Shown in pieces: positions 45,393 through 64,000 of a stretch of 64,000 nucleotides of DNA. A program made the translations under genes and the position numbers. Position 1 is the first letter of the stretch. Each line of letters begins with the position of its first letter. The DNA lies in assembly GCA_963693365.1 (NCBI GenBank), contig CAVNZM010000016.1:5138543-5202542 (forward strand). Direction: 5' to 3'. Source of the DNA: Amoebidium appalachense. Lineage: Eukaryota; Protista; Ichthyosporea. A model generated the notes under the pieces. It saw only the letters and a list, made by a program, of their open reading frames with translations, searched no databases and was not told where the DNA came from.

Positions 45393-45894
45393 GGGGGGGG
45401 GAAGGATCGAGGCAAAGGGGGGAGGGTGGAGGGTGGAGGGGGAGGGGGGGGAGGGGGGGGGGGAAGGGTTACAGGGCTTGTTCCTTATGCTCCATTGATT
45501 GATCCTGGTGCCCCCTTCTGTGTGCATATTTAAATCTGATATGCCATACGCTAGTGTTAACGATCGATTTTGTTTTTCTCGAGTCTCTAGTTCAACCGCG
45601 GCGTGTCGACAGACCTGTATCTATAGGTTTGCTACCACATAGTTTGTGTGCATTTGCATTCCCTGCATCGTTGTGGCTATACGTGTGTCTCCACGTGTTT
45701 TTGTACTGTATGAATGTGTGCGTGTGTGTTCATTGTAGAAACAACTATAAACAGCCAAATCACAGTGCATTTAAATAGCGGCTACTTCTGTGTGTTAAGG
45801 AACGGTAACAAGAAAAGACTGAATTGTGCACCCTGAGCTGCAGCTGGGAGGAAGGTTTGTGGCCAAACAGACCTCCGGGGGAGAGGAGGGAGGG

Positions 45895-45932
<38 letters not shown>

Positions 45933-46069
45933 GGGGGGGGGGGGGGGGGGGACCACCACCACCACCAGCGCACACACACCTGCCCATCACCTGGGCATGG
46001 ATTTAAAGATCTGGATGGTTTTACCTTCAAAGACCTTTTCACTCGGAGTCGGTCGGTGAAAGCGTGGGG

Positions 46070-46107
<38 letters not shown>

Positions 46108-46242
46108 GAGGGGGGAGGGGGGGGGGGGGGGGGGGGGGGGGAGGGGGGGAGGGGGGAGAGAAGGGGAGATATAATATAATCACTGTAGAGACTATAAAGA
46201 GGTTGATGCGGCAACATTTTGTCCGGGAGGGAAGAAAAGGGG

Positions 46243-46287
<45 letters not shown>

Positions 46288-46552
46288 ATGACATACCATG
46301 TACATGTTTCAAAATTTATTCACATTGCGTGTCGCTAACGGCAAACCAAACTCAAGCTTACGTGACTTAATCACTCGTAGCTACTTTTTCCTATGTACAT
46401 CCAACCACAATCGTTACCTACATGTGATAATCTCCAATCTGTTTCTCATATTTACTATTAGGACAGCCAGTAGAACAAATTTGAGTATGATTCTTAAAAA
46501 AAACTGCGTACTGCATAATTGTTCGTCTTGTTGAATTAACTTTTTTTCAGCC

Positions 46553-46583
<31 letters not shown>

Positions 46584-48232
46584 AAAAAAAAAAAAAAAAA
46601 AACACGCACGCACGCACACACGCACACACGCACGCACGCACAGTGCGTGATAGACATACTCGCACTCGAGCAACAAGACACCACCATGATATTAAACTGT
46701 TTCTGCTTAACTAAACGTGGCCAGAACAAACTACTTTGCAAATGAGCATGGCTCAACACTTCATAGCCACAAATAGTCTCACAACACAAACTTTGAATGA
46801 ATGACTAAAACAAATGCAGTCAACAACCGAATCCATTTATTCGCAATAACCATCTATGATGGTAACAGTAAAAAAGAGATGATTTGCTACCAGGCAACTA
46901 AACATTGCCACCCGGAATATTACTAACCAAATCTTGGGGAAAACATCGGCTCGGAACCCTCACCGGCAGATGCAAAAATGATATCCCGAAATCGCGCAAA
47001 TTGGGGATAACTGCGTGATACCCATAAAATTTCATCAGTAAGAACAGGATGTCAGAGCACACGTGTCCTGCTGCGCCGTGTTTGCAGACAAAATCACCTG
47101 TACACCGTGTAACCTACAAAAGGAACCCCCCATATCAATAAATAAGCAAAGGATAAAGCTTGTTAAGAACTATCAAAACCAGGTCCACCAATTGTTTCAG
47201 TTGCGCTAGCATTTACTGGTCTATCCCTCCCCCCCCCCCCCCCCCCCCCCCCACCTCTTCCCTCCCGTCCCCCGTCCCCCCCCCCCCCCACCCCTCTCTC
47301 TCTCCTGCCATCCTACCCCACCCCCATCCCACACCCTTGTTCTACAATATATGTACACACACACACACATTACAGCCATGCACGTGTGCACTGCCAGACA
47401 CACATCCATGCACACCACTGCACCCACACTGTCATCACAACATCTACATGCGAAAACAAGAGAAGGAAAGGAAGAAAATAAATGTGCACGTGCACACACA
47501 AAGGGCGGTTTCCCAACACAAAGCAAATCGTTTTCCGGATGTGTGCCAGGCCCCCTCTTTCCAACCCCTACCCCCCTCACCACGCAGGCCTACGACACAG
47601 ACACCACCACCACGCAAAGACCCACCACAACAATAACGAAACACACCCAACATCACACCCATCTCTCAATATACCATAATTCCAACACACACAAACGCAC
47701 ATATGAGAGACCTTTCTTTTTCGGCTCATCGTTGCTGGCAAGAAGCAGAAAGGAGGGACCAAAAAAAAACAAAAAAAAACATGCAGAACGGAAACACTCA
47801 CAGCCAAATATGGGACCATACCTTCCAAATAAGGCTAATTTCCAGCAGCAGCCACTGGGGCATTATGGTGTGAACTGCCATAGTCGGGCATCGCTTGACT
47901 CAGGCTGCCAGCCTGTCCGCTACTGCACAGAAACGCCAAAAATGAGATATAATTGGTCCCAAATCATGGAACTGACATTAGCATATGCCACTGATCGTCG
48001 CAGGCACATCGTAGCTTACATAGGTGCCCAGTCAGCCCGAGTCAGGCCGACAATTAAAGATACCACATCGCACATCACGCTGCAATTAAAGACCACACCG
48101 CACACTATCACAAATATCACTTATTGGATCGCCTCGTGCTTGCATGCAACATCACCGAATACCCCACACATCACAACAAGCACAAGATAGAGAGGTATAG
48201 AAGATCCATTCACCAAAACGGCAAGTTCACAC

Positions 48233-59984
<11,752 letters not shown>

Positions 59985-61325
59985 GGTCTATTCTATTATG
60001 GTAGAAAGAAAATTGCGGATCTGTTATGCTAGCTAGTGGAAAGAACAAAAGCAAGAGAATAAAGTCGGGGAGTTGAAGCAGATGGCTGAAGTCTGGAGGT
60101 CAATAAATGGGAAAGGTCGGTCTGATTTTAAATTCACGTTGGCATATTGGTTAGTCCATAAGCTATTTAGTGCAGCTAAAGGTAGATCTACTCCGTACCT
60201 TTATAGCACTACGTATAGTAACGCAATCCTGTCTGGTGTGCTGGAAACATTGCCAACACGCACAAGCGGCGTAGCAGAGTGGCTTAGGCTGTTTGCCAGG
60301 AAATGTGAGGGCAAGCAATGTCCACTGTCCAAGCAAGGCGACGTCGCCCCTCACATTGAATATATGATTAAGATGAAAACCTATCGAGAGCAGCTAAAAC
60401 AAATGATAATCCGACCTTTAGGAGAATTGAAGTGTGGCCGTTCCAAAAAAACTCCGCCGGTGGCCGTTTCACCCTAAATCCCCCTAGAAGTTTACATCTC
60501 CTTCTCTTCAGGAAAATGTGGTCCTTATAATAATATTATTAGGAATGATCGAGTAATGTATAAAGTACCATCATGGGTAGTTTTTAGGAACTAATACTCC
60601 AATTCAAGGTAACATTTAGCTAAAATAATAGTATTAAAAACCAAAACTTGGCACTGGTGACTTTTGTATTGTTATTTGCTGCACAGGGCACCTTATTAGT
60701 TCTATTGTGTGTAGCCCGAAAATTAGGCAATCACGGTGGAGAAGTATAGGAAGACCAGACTTATATGTGATTGGATGATACTGCACCCTAGGCTTTTGTT
60801 GATTGGTTGGTCTCATCTCCAGATCTTGGGGGATCCACTTTGCGCGCGGGCATTGGGTGACGTCACCTATCTGACGTCTTAACAGTGACGTGACGTCACG
60901 TTGCAAAGCCGGCCCGAGACCTTCTCCGATCGAGCTCTTTCTAGATAATTTTAGTTACGCCTTTATCCTACGGTTCTAGCCGCAGCAACGCTAGTGGGAA
61001 GTGAGCACAGCTCACTTTAACAACCCCAGCCGGGAGCGACCCGGGACACATACACAAACATAAAGACTTGAAAGGGAAAACCCTATGCCCAGGACGCTGA
61101 GCCGAACCGTGGCCGGTGACTCGGATTGGTCTCCCACTTGAACGTTGGGCCGGGCCGGGATGCCCAAGCGGCGCGCCATCAACGTCAGAGGGCCGGTGCT
61201 GTTCATGACGTCATGTCTTACGGCTGAACGATAACAAATCACGTTGGTGGTGCTGCTTGACGTGGTCTGGGGTGATGGCTTCTAGGGGACGGCCAGACCG
61301 CTGGACCGTCGAGCAGACAAAAATG

Positions 61326-61435
61326 GGGGTTTACACACTTTTTATTGCGTGGACACTGCCGGAGGCCCAGCCACATTTGACGGCCTACTGCGTTTTCCAG
61401 CGCAGCCAATCAAATGCAGCCAGTGACATATGTAC
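61326..61435 (+). repeat. ~110-bp dispersed repeat, copy 2
   Basis: Near-identical to 19444-19553. Confidence 0.9.
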
Positions 61436-61674
61436 TGTGTGGGGGGCGGTTTACTCGCGGCTGCATATCTATCAATAAATGCAACCTGTTAGCTAATGTA
61501 TTAGAACCGGAGGTTATTGGCGGTTTTATTATTTATTCCTCTCTTCCTCAATATATCCGTTTTAAGATGATGACTATCCTAGATCACCTTATTAATGCTG
61601 CACAGTATGATATTGTGATCCGGTGCCTTAACTTTCTTTCGGAGCTACCGATGCTAGCCTCTGCTTACCCATAG
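61436..61674 (+). pseudogene. Short 3'-terminal fragment of a related non-LTR element
   Basis: CGGRFTRGCISINKCNLL...TILDHLINAAQYDIVIRCLNFL aligns by eye with HQFNRSCIAKCSLI...NILDFILNTRNYDLFIRCIDWL encoded at ~20840-21025. Confidence 0.65.
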
Positions 61675-61803
61675 TTATAGACAAGGCACTCACGATAATT
61701 CTCCTCGACCCTCTTCTCTACTCTTATTCCAAGCTTTTAATAGGGGTGTCAGATACTACGATGGCGCTCATTGTTGCCTAGCATGTACATACACATATGT
61801 CAC

Positions 61804-62240
61804 TAGGAATACTTATATTTAGACGTGTTATGTTAAGTGAACTAATAGATACATAAGTGGTTTCATTTTGTTAAATGTTTCCGTACTTTTATTAGATGAT
61901 TACTTTCATTAGAGGATTGCGTTTTATCTTCAATGTGTCGACAGGCATTTCGATCGATTTATTTTACCCTCATAGTTTTCGTCTTTCTGATTGGATAATA
62001 GAGTTTTCGTTCTTTTGATTGGCTTATCGATTTCACATTCCTGAGTATAAATAGAACTTCATATTGAAATTAATATCAAGCAGTCGAATTCATTTCCTAT
62101 GGTCCCAGTAATCGTTCCACCTCTCCGGTTGTGTTTCTCCCGTGTGTCTCTGTGTTGTGTATAACATAACACCCATCTGTGCTCTCTGCTTCTCCGTTTA
62201 CCCACACAAAACAACACACACCCCCCCCCCTCCTCTACCC

Positions 62241-62280
<40 letters not shown>

Positions 62281-62712
62281 GTTTTGTGTGGGTAAACGGG
62301 GAAGCAGAGTGCACAGATGGGTGTTATGTTATACACAACACAGAGACACACGGGAGAAACACAACCGGAGAGGTGGAACGATTACTGGGGCCATAGGAAA
62401 TGATTCGACTGCTTGATATTTATTCCAAGATGAAGTTCATTTTATACTTAGGAATGTGAAATCGATAAACCAATCAAAAGAACGAAAACTCTACAATTTT
62501 CCAATCAGAAAGACGAAAACTATGAGTGTAAAATAAATCGATCGAAATGCCTGTCGACACATAGACGATAAAACGCAATCCTCTAATGAAAGAAATCTTC
62601 TAGTAAAACTACGGAAACATTTAACAAAATGAAACCACTTGTGTAACTATTAGTTCACATCATACATTTATACATGTTCTTAACATAACACGTCTAAATA
62701 TAAATATTCCTA
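61804..62712. mobile_element. Foldback element / long inverted repeat with poly(C) spacer
   Basis: Arms 61804-62216 and 62277-62712 are reverse complements over ~410 bp (scattered mismatches and one ~21-bp insertion in the right arm); ~60-bp C-rich spacer; TA at both outer ends. Confidence 0.88.
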
Positions 62713-64000
62713 ATAGTTGGAGTACATAGAACAATGCTACGTCGTGAGAAAAGAAGGAAAAGGAATGAGGATATAAATGAATGGAATGGGAAAGGAATCG
62801 AATAGAATTAATGAGGAATGTAGATTACTATATTTGGGAAACTACAACGAGTTCTGATTGGATGACATATTTAGACATTGACACAAATAACAATACGTGT
62901 GCGCGGGCTAAATATCTCGATGTGTACACAGATCTAAGATATCGGTGTACACGGAAACAGAAAGGAAAGAAAGAAAGGAAGAAGGAAAAGGGAAAAGGAA
63001 ACAAACTACAACAAACTAATAAACAAATATAAAACTCAACTTCTAAGTCTTGCCGTGAAGCATGGGAAGATGACCCCCCCCCCCCCCCCCCCCCCCCCCC
63101 ATACACACACACACACACACACAATGACAGACACGTGCACAGACACATACTTTTTGTACGTGCACACATGTGATTCAGTCCCATATGCTTGCCAACTCGT
63201 GCCCGGCCCGGACCGGAATAAAATGGATACCCGATTGATATCAGTGGGTTTAAAATTTAACCCCCCAGGGGGTTCTTTATGTTGATGCAAATATCTCAGA
63301 ATCTTTTGCGAAATTTTTAAATCTGAAAAAAGTTTCAAAATTTCACCAGAAAGTCGATGGCGCTGAGCATGTAGAACACCTTATTTCTGAGTGCTGTCTC
63401 CCTGCGGCCTCTCCTTCTTCTTTTTTTATATTTTTTTTTTATGTTGCCGCAGGCGACATTCACTAGACAATGTTTGATCGTGACGTCATGGCATTTATTT
63501 ATTTAATTGTTGGTTGGCTCTAATAAACGCAACTTGTAAAAATTAATAAACAAACAGTAAACAAATAGCATGATAATTCTGTCCAGATATTATAACATAT
63601 CAATCAATATGCCGTTTTTAAAATTAGGAAATTGTAAGAACTATCTGATTGATGAATACAAATTATGTAAAAGTTCAAGAATCACCGGGCGATTTGATTT
63701 GTGAATACAGCTTCATAGACCCGGCGGGAGACGTCCCGCAGCGTTGTAGGGCCGTGCCCGACAACCTACGTAAGCCAGAGACTAGGGCTGTGGCGATGCG
63801 TGACGATCATGGCACAATTGCAAGTAAGGTTGACGATCGACACATGCATATGAGCTTATAAAACTTTGGGAATGTGCTGTCGGAAAATTTGCCAATTTTC
63901 GGTCTCGCAAAATTCATCAAGTAGTGACAACAAGTACAGGTACACAATGCTGTTGACTATAGCTTATGTATATTCCAAAGGCTAGACACCACCCTTATAA

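Noticed and set aside
47351-48190. 279-aa plus-strand ORF
   Set aside because: Low-complexity start, no recognisable motif, and antisense to the PAP2-like 3' region.
60073-60477. 134-aa ORF upstream of the PAP2-like gene
   Set aside because: Non-ATG start and no recognisable domain; cannot be supported without a database search.
60453-61304. Weak inverted match (TGGCCGT..CCCCTAGAAG) around a region with TGACGTCA motifs
   Set aside because: Too short and gapped to call TIRs; no TSD found.

Overview
Eukaryotic, intron-rich, microsatellite-saturated genomic DNA. The taxon cannot be fixed from this window; gene content is compatible with a unicellular opisthokont such as an ichthyosporean, which is inference only. 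Almost all ORFs in the supplied track are translations of (CA)n/(GT)n/poly-G tracts. Manual splicing gives three GT-AG multi-exon genes on the minus strand: INTS11/CPSF3L (21 exons, ~624 aa, including a 12-nt microexon), a SMYD5/ATXR2-like SET-MYND methyltransferase (16 exons, ~424 aa), and a PAP2/Aur1-like lipid phosphotransferase (at least 10 exons). Two intronless plus-strand genes are present: a short-form HGSNAT-like acetyltransferase and a KHA1/CHX-type cation/H+ antiporter. Mobile DNA includes a piggyBac-type MITE, a 61-bp hAT/P-type mini-element, a TIR-bounded composite carrying a decayed non-LTR RT fragment, and a ~900-bp foldback palindrome. The most unusual signals concern intron architecture: (1) about 27 of 44 donors, especially weak ones, are followed almost immediately by a sense-strand poly(C) run; (2) a dispersed, 5'-truncated repeat family sits in the same orientation inside poly(C) runs, like a poly(C)-targeting retroposon; (3) at least five introns contain tandem decoy copies of their own splice junction.
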